Position numbers and translations under genes: made by a program. Shown one piece after another: positions 19,978 through 26,904 of a stretch of 64,000 nucleotides of DNA. Below the pieces are notes generated by a model. It was not told where the DNA came from. It was given only the letters and a program-made list of their open reading frames with translations, and made no database searches. Positions within the stretch are counted from its first letter, which is position 1, and each line of letters starts with the position of its first letter. The stretch comes from an uncultured Acidobacteriota bacterium (lineage in GTDB: Bacteria; Acidobacteriota; Thermoanaerobaculia; UBA5066; Gp7-AA6). The stretch is taken from NCBI GenBank assembly GCA_963775725.1, contig CAVZKA010000002.1, positions 1,253,004-1,317,003 of the forward strand. Direction: 5' to 3'.

Positions 19978-20931
19978 CTACGCCTTCTGGTAGGCCATCT
20001 CGCGCAGGAGCGCGATCCGCCGGGCGATCGGCGGGTGGGTCGAAAAGAGGCTCGCGAACCTCCCCTCCCTCTGATCGGGCGGGCCCCCGCGCGGATCCTC
20101 GATGCAGAGGTGCGCGATGCCCTGCTTGATCGAGGGGGTCGGCGCGACCGCGGCGGCGATCTTCTCGAGCGCCGAGGCGAGCGCCAGGGGATTGCGTGTG
20201 AGCTCCGCTCCCGAGGCGTCGGCCAGGTACTCGCGCTGGCGCGAGACGGCGAGCGAGACGATCTGCGCGATGATCGGCGCGAGCACGATCGAGACGACCC
20301 AGAATATGGCGAAGAGGATCCCGAGCCCCCCTCCGCCCCCGCCGTTCGAGCTCCGGCGGCGGCCGCCCCAGCCGAGGCCCCGGCGGCTCCAGTCCGAGAG
20401 CAGCAGGATCGCGCCGGCCAGGGCGGCCACGACCGTCATGAGGCGCACGTCGTAGTTCCGAACGTGCGACAGCTCGTGGGACACGACGCCCTGCAGCTCG
20501 TCGCGGTCCAGCTTCTCGAGCAGCCCGCGCGTCACGGCGATGGACGCCTTCTCCGGGCCGCTCCCGGTGGCGAAGGCGTTGGGGTCCGAGTCCGGGATGA
20601 TGTAGATGGCCGGCTTCGGGATCCCGCCGGCGATCGCGATCTCCTCGACGACGTTCTCGAGCTGCCTCTGTTTCGGGTCGGATGGGTCGAGGGCAACGGC
20701 CGAGGCCGACTCGAGAACCGCCCGGTCGCCGCCGTGGAGCGACCACCAGGCCGACATGCCGCCGAAGGCGAGCGCGCCGAGCGTCGCGAAGGGGATCCCC
20801 GGAGAGAAGCCGCCGGCGTAGAGCACGCCGTCGGCGCCCAGGCCGACCAGCACGAGCAGCAGGACGAAGCCCGCGATGAAGAGGCGCGTGTTGGTGAGGT
20901 TGCGCTTTTGCTGGTCGAGGAGGTTGGTCAA
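19978..20931 (-). CDS. htpX: M48 family protease HtpX
   Basis: It has the HELSH zinc motif, TM segments and a Gly-rich insert. It is paired with an upstream lemA. Confidence 0.9.
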   Translation of the reverse strand: MTNLLDQQKRNLTNTRLFIAGFVLLLVLVGLGADGVLYAGGFSPGIPFATLGALAFGGMSAWWSLHGGDRAVLESASAVALDPSDPKQRQLENVVEEIAIAGGIPKPAIYIIPDSDPNAFATGSGPEKASIAVTRGLLEKLDRDELQGVVSHELSHVRNYDVRLMTVVAALAGAILLLSDWSRRGLGWGGRRRSSNGGGGGGLGILFAIFWVVSIVLAPIIAQIVSLAVSRQREYLADASGAELTRNPLALASALEKIAAAVAPTPSIKQGIAHLCIEDPRGGPPDQREGRFASLFSTHPPIARRIALLREMAYQKA

Positions 20932-20932
20932 C

Positions 20933-21526
20933 TCAAGACTTGGTCTGGTCCGACCGCACGTTCAGGTCCACCTTCGGCACCGCGCGCTCCGCCTCGTCCT
21001 TGATCTCGTAGAGCTCGACCGGCTGGAAGTGGAACGTCTGCGCGATCAGGTTGTCGGGGAAGAGCTGCTGCGCCGTGTTGAAGCGCGTCGCGATGTCGTT
21101 GTAGAACTGGCGCGCGAAGCCGATCCGGTTCTCCGTCGAAGAGAGCTCTTCCATCAACGTTTTGACCTGCTCGTTGGCCTTGAGCGTCGGGTAGTTCTCG
21201 GCCAGGGCGAAGAGGCGCGACAGTGTCTGGGTCAGCGCGTTTTCCTTGTCGGCGGTGTCGGCCACGCCGCGCGCCGCGACGGCGGAGTTGCGCGCCTGGA
21301 TCACCTTCTCGAGGGTGTCCTGCTCGAACTGCATCTCGCCCTTGACCGCCGCAACGAGGTTCGGGATCAGGTCGTGCCGGCGCTTCAACTGGACGTCGAT
21401 CTGCTTCCAGCCGTTGCCGACCTGGTTGCGCAGCGAGACGAGGTTGTTGTACCGCCAGATCGCCCAGATCGCGCCGAAGACCGCGATCACGACCAGAAGC
21501 GTCAAGCACCCCCCGATTGCGGCCAT
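20933..21526 (-). CDS. lemA: LemA family protein
   Basis: The N-terminal TM is followed by conserved LemA motifs. It ends 1 nt before the htpX start. Confidence 0.85.
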   Translation of the reverse strand: MAAIGGCLTLLVVIAVFGAIWAIWRYNNLVSLRNQVGNGWKQIDVQLKRRHDLIPNLVAAVKGEMQFEQDTLEKVIQARNSAVAARGVADTADKENALTQTLSRLFALAENYPTLKANEQVKTLMEELSSTENRIGFARQFYNDIATRFNTAQQLFPDNLIAQTFHFQPVELYEIKDEAERAVPKVDLNVRSDQTKS

Positions 21527-21588
21527 CTTGTCGGTGTCCCTCTATGACTATCTACGAAAGCCGGGGGCCAGTGTTCTCGTCTGTCGTC

Positions 21589-22716
21589 TCAGGCATTTAG
21601 CCCCTGCCGCAGCTCCCGCGCCAGGATCTCGACTCCCGAGCGGGTCCCGCCCGTCAACTTCTCTTTCCAGACGGTCTCCGTCTCGAAGCGGCGGTCGCCG
21701 ATCGACTCCGCCCACGGGCGCAGCGCGGCGTCGAGCTCTCCGCCCGACCATACGTCGCCGCCGCGCTTGCGGACCATGGCGATGACGTAGGGCACGATGC
21801 GGATGAAGGCCCGCAGGGAGGTCGAGCTCTTGATCGAGTACTTGCGGCCCGCGAAGGCCGTCGGGAAGGCGCGGGCCGCGGCCTTGAAATAGTTGAGAAA
21901 GAAGCGCCGCGAGTTCTCGCGGAACTCCCGCGCGATCCGACCGCCGGCCGTGTCGATCGCGGCGAAGACGTCGCGCAACTCGTCGGCGAGCGAGGCCTGG
22001 GTGACCGACCCCTTGCCGATGCCGAGGACCTTGATCGACCCCTTCAGCGGCGAGCCCTCGTCCTCGTTGAGCGTCCGGATGACGTCGTGGGCGGCGGCGA
22101 GGTTGTCGTCGCGGTAGAGCCGCCGGCCGGCGAGCGAGATCAGGTGCGACGGATTCAGCTTCGTGTGCTTGCTGTTGATCGTGACGAAGAGCTCGACCAC
22201 CTGATCGGCCGTCAGGTTGTCGAAGACCACGGCCGGCACCTGGAAGTCCTTCAGGCTGTGGTTCTCGGCCAGCTGGTGGAGGGCGAGAAGGCGGTGCTGC
22301 CCGTCGAGGGCGCGCAGGATCCCCGACTCCTCGGGCAATTTCAGCGATCCGGCGTCCGACCGGCCGCTCGAGGGGGAGAACTCCAGGCGCTTCTCCGAGA
22401 CGAGCAGGACGCTGCCCGGGATGGCCGGCAGGGTGCCCGAGTCGGCGCATTGGAGGTAATAGGCGACGAGCTCGTCGATCTTTTTCTTGATGATCGGGCG
22501 CTGGAAGGCCTGCTCCGAGGCGGAAATCCGACGCTCCAGGAACTCCCAGTTGACCTTGCCTTTCGCGACCTTGGACTTGCCCCGCGTCGTCTCGCTGCCG
22601 GGTCCGAAGGAGAGGACCTCGAACCCGACCAGGGATTGCAGGTCCGCCCCCGAGAGCAGGGCCTCGTAGAACCGTACGCCGAACTGGTTCAGGCGAAGCG
22701 AGGGAACCGAGATCAT
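21589..22716 (-). CDS. DGQHR-domain protein (DndB-like / ParB-Srx fold family)
   Basis: It carries the diagnostic ALDGQHRLLAL motif. The start MISVPSLRL has a GGAGGT RBS; the track ORF upstream of it is read-through. Confidence 0.8.
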   Translation of the reverse strand: MISVPSLRLNQFGVRFYEALLSGADLQSLVGFEVLSFGPGSETTRGKSKVAKGKVNWEFLERRISASEQAFQRPIIKKKIDELVAYYLQCADSGTLPAIPGSVLLVSEKRLEFSPSSGRSDAGSLKLPEESGILRALDGQHRLLALHQLAENHSLKDFQVPAVVFDNLTADQVVELFVTINSKHTKLNPSHLISLAGRRLYRDDNLAAAHDVIRTLNEDEGSPLKGSIKVLGIGKGSVTQASLADELRDVFAAIDTAGGRIAREFRENSRRFFLNYFKAAARAFPTAFAGRKYSIKSSTSLRAFIRIVPYVIAMVRKRGGDVWSGGELDAALRPWAESIGDRRFETETVWKEKLTGGTRSGVEILARELRQGLNA

Positions 22717-22849
22717 GGCCACCTCCAAGCCCCGTTCCTTGCGGTCGTCCGGCCGGGCCCGAATCCCGGTCCGGGGCGGGGAAAGGGTATACCGGCCACC
22801 CCGGATTTGAGCCATGAGAAACGGGGAGTTTGGCCGGGGGGGGCGGCGG

Positions 22850-23194
22850 TCAGGGCGGGGCCACCGACTTCCAGTCCTCGCCGGCCATCATCTGGGCGTG
22901 GATCCGGCCGGCGCCAATCAGGATGCCCTTCAATTCGGCAGTCAGGATCGAAGCCAGCTCGGCGAGCGTTTCGGGCCGGGCGACCGGTACCGAGCATTCG
23001 ACCGTGGATTGGCCGAGGGAGGCGAAAAACGGGGAGGGGCGCCGGGTCCAGTCCGAGTCGCTCCGGCGGTGCTTGGTCATGAGGAAGGCGGCCAGGCGCC
23101 TTTCGTCCCAAGGCTCGGCCATCGTCCAGCAGAAGTTGGCCCGAAGACCCTTCTGTTCGGCCGTGGGCGTGTCGTTCGCGAGGCCAATCGACAT
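22850..23194 (-). CDS. hypothetical small protein (114 aa) upstream of and co-oriented with the DGQHR gene
   Basis: The translation is protein-like (MSIGLANDTPTAEQKGLRANFCWTMAEPWDERRLAAFL…), whereas the overlapping plus-strand frames are Gly/Arg junk. The RBS is weak. Confidence 0.35.
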   Translation of the reverse strand: MSIGLANDTPTAEQKGLRANFCWTMAEPWDERRLAAFLMTKHRRSDSDWTRRPSPFFASLGQSTVECSVPVARPETLAELASILTAELKGILIGAGRIHAQMMAGEDWKSVAPP

Positions 23195-23236
23195 GAACCG
23201 CCATAAAAGATAGCATCCCCGCGTTCGATCAACGCT

Positions 23237-23986
23237 GTGAAAAAAGCACTGTTTACAGGCTTTCTGCTCTGCGCCGGCGCCGCGGGCGCCGCCCGGGGCC
23301 AGGACAAGTCCTACGCCTCCCACCTGATGGTCGACCAGGAAGTGGTCGTGGCGTCCCGCATCGGCGGGATCGTCGAGACCATCGCCGTCGACCGCGGAAG
23401 CGCGGTCACGGCCGGCCAGGTGCTCGCCACGCTGGATCCGCGCGAAGCCGACGCCAACGTCCGCGAGGCCAAGGAAGACATGGAGCTGGCGAAGGCGGAT
23501 TTCGACCGGGCGCGGTCGCTGACGGAGTCCAAGGTCATGAGCACGGCCGACCTCGACCAGAAGAAGGCGCAGTACGCGGTCGCAGTGGCGCGGTGGGAGA
23601 AGGCCAAGACGCTGCGCGACTACACCGTCATCCGCGCGCCGTTTGCGGGCGTCGTCACCGAGAAGTACGCGCGGATCGGCCAGAAGGTGATCGAGGACAA
23701 GAACGAGCCGCTCTTCAAGATCACCGCCGTCGAACCCCTGCTCGCGCGCGTCTACCTGCCCGAGGAGGACCTGTTGCACGTGAAGCTCGGGGAGCGCGTC
23801 GACGTCGTCGCCGATCATTTTCCCGATGTGAAGACCACCGGGGAAGTCCAGTTCATCAGCCCGGCCCTGGATCCCGCGAGCGGCACGTTCCAGGTCGTCA
23901 TCCGCGTTCGGCGGGAGGCCGCGCGGGCCGTGCTGCGGCCCGGCCTCGCGGTCAAGATCCGTTTCACGCGAGTCCCCGCCCGCTGA
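23237..23986 (+). CDS. HlyD/RND-adaptor (membrane-fusion) family periplasmic protein, short
   Basis: It has a signal peptide, a coiled-coil segment and beta-barrel/lipoyl-like motifs. A GTG start is predicted. Confidence 0.75.
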   Translation: MKKALFTGFLLCAGAAGAARGQDKSYASHLMVDQEVVVASRIGGIVETIAVDRGSAVTAGQVLATLDPREADANVREAKEDMELAKADFDRARSLTESKVMSTADLDQKKAQYAVAVARWEKAKTLRDYTVIRAPFAGVVTEKYARIGQKVIEDKNEPLFKITAVEPLLARVYLPEEDLLHVKLGERVDVVADHFPDVKTTGEVQFISPALDPASGTFQVVIRVRREAARAVLRPGLAVKIRFTRVPAR

Positions 23987-24005
23987 CGCGCGCGGGGACA
24001 GCGCC

Positions 24006-24710
24006 ATGGCCGCACCCTCGTCGCGTTCCCCCTCGAAGCTGCGGTCGACGCGCGACAAGGTCCTCGTCCACGACATCAAGAACATCTCGTTTCGCCTGAG
24101 GCTGCTGCTCTCCAACCTCGACGACCACTGGCAGGACCCGGAGTTTCGCAGGACCGTCCGCGAGCTGCTCGCATCCACGGCGGAGCGGCTGGAAGTCCTC
24201 GTCGGCCGTTTCGCGGCCCACGAGGATGCCGTGCTCATCAAGGTCGCGCTCGACCTCAACGGGCTCCTGCGGGGCGTGGCGGAGAAGCCCGCGCGCAGGG
24301 GGCAGCCGGCGCGCAGCCCGAAGCGCAAGCTCGCCCTCGGGACGGTGCCGCGCATCTGGGGCGACCCGTTCTATCTCGGCGACGCCCTCGCGAGCCTGCT
24401 CGAAAACGCGTTCGAGGCCGCCGGGCCCGAGGGAACGGTGCTCCTGCGCAGCTACGCCGGCGGGACCGCGCGGAGTCCCCGCGTGCTCGTCGAGATCATC
24501 GACAACGGGGCCGGGATGACGCCCGAGTTCCTGCGCGACCGTCTCTTCAAGCCCTTCGAAACCACGAAGCCGGGAGGCGTCGGGCTGGGCCTCGCGACGG
24601 CGAGCCAGATCGTCCGCTTCCACCGCGGAACCCTGCGGGTCCTCTCGCACCCGGGCGGCGGCACGCTCGTGCGCCTCTCCTTCCCCGCGATCGCGGCGGA
24701 GCCGGCATGA
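24006..24710 (+). CDS. cytoplasmic sensor histidine kinase (HisKA + HATPase_c only)
   Basis: It has an H-box (VLVHDIKNISFRL), an N-box and a G-box (DNGAGM, GGVGLGL). It has no TM or sensor domain. Confidence 0.85.
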   Translation: MAAPSSRSPSKLRSTRDKVLVHDIKNISFRLRLLLSNLDDHWQDPEFRRTVRELLASTAERLEVLVGRFAAHEDAVLIKVALDLNGLLRGVAEKPARRGQPARSPKRKLALGTVPRIWGDPFYLGDALASLLENAFEAAGPEGTVLLRSYAGGTARSPRVLVEIIDNGAGMTPEFLRDRLFKPFETTKPGGVGLGLATASQIVRFHRGTLRVLSHPGGGTLVRLSFPAIAAEPA

Positions 24711-26086
24711 GCGCGCCGGCCGACCGGGCGCTCGGCCGCATCGTGATCGTGGACGACGATCCATTTCTCGTCGAGCAGCTGACGTGGGCCCTGAAGGGTC
24801 GGTTCGCCGTCTCGTCGGCGCGGGACGCGGCGCAGGGGCGCGCGCTGTGTGACTCGGAGCCCGACCTCTATCTCTTCGACCTGCGCCTGCCGCCATCCAA
24901 CGAGGTGCAGGAGGGGCTCGAGCTGCTGCGCCACGCCCGCCGCCGCGACCCGGAGGCGACGGTCGTCATCATGTCGGGAGAAGGCGAGCGCGCCCACGCG
25001 CTCGAAGCCATTGCCCTCGGGGCATTCGACTTCTTCCAGAAACCCGTGGATCCGGCCGAGCTCGTCGTCATCCTCGAGCGGGCGCTCGAGCGGCGCCGTC
25101 TGGTGATGGAGAACCGGGAGCTGCGCCGTGAGGCGGGCGCCGCTCAGGGATCCCCGCAGCTGATCGGCCGCAGCCCGGCGTTCCGGCGGATGTTGAAGGA
25201 GATCGAAAAGGTCGCGGCGAGCAGTGCGACCGTGCTGATCCAGGGCGAGAGCGGCTCGGGCAAGGAGCTCGTGGCCCGCTCGCTGCACGCGGGCAGTCCC
25301 CGGCGCGATCGGGCTTTCGTCGCGGTCAACGTCGCGGCGCTGCCGGAGTCGCTCGCCGAATCGGAGCTCTTCGGCCACGAGAAGGGGGCCTTCACGGGAG
25401 CCGTGGCTTCCCGCCCCGGCCGCTTCGAGCTGGCCCAGGGGGGCACGCTCTTTCTCGACGAGATCGGGACCCTGTCGGCCGCCACCCAGTCCAAGCTCCT
25501 GCGCGCGATCGAGAGCCGGGAGATCGAGCGCTTGGGCGGCCGCCGGCCGATCGCCGTCGACTTCCGCCTGGTCTCGGCGACCAACGAGGACCTCGCGGCG
25601 CGCGTCGCGGCCGGCAGCTTCCGAGAGGACCTCTTCTACCGGATCAACACGATTCCGATTGCGGTCCCCCCGCTGCGGGAGCGGCCGGGGGACCTCGCGA
25701 TCCTGGCCGAGCACTTTCTCGCGAAGTTCTCCGCGCGCGAAGGCAAGACGGGCAAGCGCCTGTCGGCCGCGGTCCTCGAGCGCCTCGAAGCGCATCCGTG
25801 GAGGGGCAACGTCCGGGAGCTCGCGCATGCGATCGAGATGCTCGTGCTCTTCTCGGACGCGGAGGAGATCGGGCTCGACGATCTGCCGAGGGCGCTGCGG
25901 GAGGAGGCGCCGGGGAGCGGGCGTGAGGCACCGCCGAAGGCGTTCGCGCAAGCCGTCGAAGAATACGAGCGAACGCTCCTCTCGCACGCCATCACGGCGG
26001 CTGGCGGCGTGAAGGCGGAAGCCGCGAGACGGCTGGGCCTGGATGCGAATCAGATCAAGTACCTCTGCCGGAAGTACGGTTTGTAA
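24707..26086 (+). CDS. sigma54-dependent response regulator (NtrC family)
   Basis: A receiver domain is followed by an AAA+ domain with GESGSGKE, the GAFTGA motif and an Arg finger, then a C-terminal Fis-type HTH. Its start overlaps the kinase stop (ATGA). Confidence 0.9.
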   Translation: MSAPADRALGRIVIVDDDPFLVEQLTWALKGRFAVSSARDAAQGRALCDSEPDLYLFDLRLPPSNEVQEGLELLRHARRRDPEATVVIMSGEGERAHALEAIALGAFDFFQKPVDPAELVVILERALERRRLVMENRELRREAGAAQGSPQLIGRSPAFRRMLKEIEKVAASSATVLIQGESGSGKELVARSLHAGSPRRDRAFVAVNVAALPESLAESELFGHEKGAFTGAVASRPGRFELAQGGTLFLDEIGTLSAATQSKLLRAIESREIERLGGRRPIAVDFRLVSATNEDLAARVAAGSFREDLFYRINTIPIAVPPLRERPGDLAILAEHFLAKFSAREGKTGKRLSAAVLERLEAHPWRGNVRELAHAIEMLVLFSDAEEIGLDDLPRALREEAPGSGREAPPKAFAQAVEEYERTLLSHAITAAGGVKAEAARRLGLDANQIKYLCRKYGL

Positions 26087-26217
26087 GCGCGGCGGGATTA
26101 AAAATTCACCCGCGGAGTGGGTAAAGTTTCAACCATGCGCTCGTCTGCGAATCGGAATCTCGCTCGTAACCATTTGAAAACAAAAGGTGGGGTTCCTCCG
26201 CCCGGTCGCCCGCGGCC

Positions 26218-26232
26218 TGGCCCCGATCTTGC
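26218..26232 (+). promoter_or_regulatory. sigma54 (-24/-12) promoter TGGCCC-N5-TTGC
   Basis: It has exact consensus spacing (GG at 26219-20, GC at 26231-32). It lies 31 nt upstream of the repeat-protein ATG and directly downstream of the sigma54 activator gene. Confidence 0.7.
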
Positions 26233-26262
26233 CCTTATGGTCTGGCAAGGGAGGAAACAAAA

Positions 26263-26838
26263 ATGGGTAACGAAGTGAAGATCAAGCTCACGGATGCGCA
26301 GAAGGCCAAGATTCGCCAGGCCACGGGTCGCGATCTGCCCGAGATTCGCGTGGAGACGTTCGGCAACTCGCCGGCGGTCTCGGCCGCCACGAAGTCGGTT
26401 TCGGCTCGCGCGGCCGGCAAGTCGATCGCGGGGCGTGCGGCCGGCAAGTCGATCGCGGGGCGTGCGGCCGGCAAGTCGATCGCGGGACGTGCGGCCGGCA
26501 AGTCGATCGCGGGGCGCGCGGCTGGCAAGTCGATCGCGGGACGTGCGGCCGGCAAGTCGATCGCGGGGCGCGCGGCTGGCAAGTCGATCGCGGGACGCGC
26601 GGCTGGCAAGTCGATCGCGGGACGCGCGGCTGGCAAGTCGATCGCGGGACGCGCGGCTGGCAAGTCGATCGCGGGACGCGCGGCTGGCAAGTCGATCGCG
26701 GGACGCGCGGCTGGCAAGTCGATCGCGGGACGCGCGGCTGGCAAGTCGATCGCGGGACGCGCGGCCGGCAAGTCGATCGCGGGACGCGCGGCCGGCAAGT
26801 CGATCGCCGGCCGGGCCGCTGGCAAGGCCGCGTTCTAA
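26263..26838 (+). CDS. tandem decapeptide-repeat protein: 45-aa N-terminal region plus 16 x (AGKSIAGRAA)
   Basis: A strong AGGGAGGAAAC RBS precedes the start. The N-terminus MGNEVKIKLTDAQKAKIRQATGRDLPEIRVETFGN is followed by 16 near-perfect in-frame repeats. There is no signal peptide. Confidence 0.75.
   Translation: MGNEVKIKLTDAQKAKIRQATGRDLPEIRVETFGNSPAVSAATKSVSARAAGKSIAGRAAGKSIAGRAAGKSIAGRAAGKSIAGRAAGKSIAGRAAGKSIAGRAAGKSIAGRAAGKSIAGRAAGKSIAGRAAGKSIAGRAAGKSIAGRAAGKSIAGRAAGKSIAGRAAGKSIAGRAAGKSIAGRAAGKAAF
26403..26822 (+). repeat. perfect 30-bp coding tandem repeat, about 16 copies
   Basis: The unit gcggccggcaagtcgatcgcggggcgtgcg repeats with only synonymous or near-synonymous variation. 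Confidence 0.95.
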
Positions 26839-26861
26839 GCGACCGATCCCTGGTACCTCGA

Positions 26862-26892
26862 GCGCCCCGCACACGCGGGGCGCTTTCTTTTT
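26862..26892 (+). terminator. rho-independent terminator of the repeat-protein gene
   Basis: The hairpin GCGCCCCGC-acac-GCGGGGCGC is followed by TTTCTTTTT. The opposite strand has no U-tract. Confidence 0.7.
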
Positions 26893-26904
26893 GGGGAGAC
26901 TCCG

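Noticed and set aside
22087-24355. ORFs 22087..23082 (+) and the 5' two-thirds of 22850..24355 (-)
   Set aside because: The 5' portion of the minus ORF is antisense to the HlyD-like and kinase genes. Only its last 114 codons, from the ATG at 23194, look protein-like, and these were kept as a low-confidence small CDS.
26403-26822. Regular 30-bp repeat array considered as a CRISPR array
   Set aside because: The units are directly tandem with no spacers. The array lies in frame inside an ORF with a strong RBS and terminator, and it has no leader or cas genes. It is a coding VNTR, not CRISPR.
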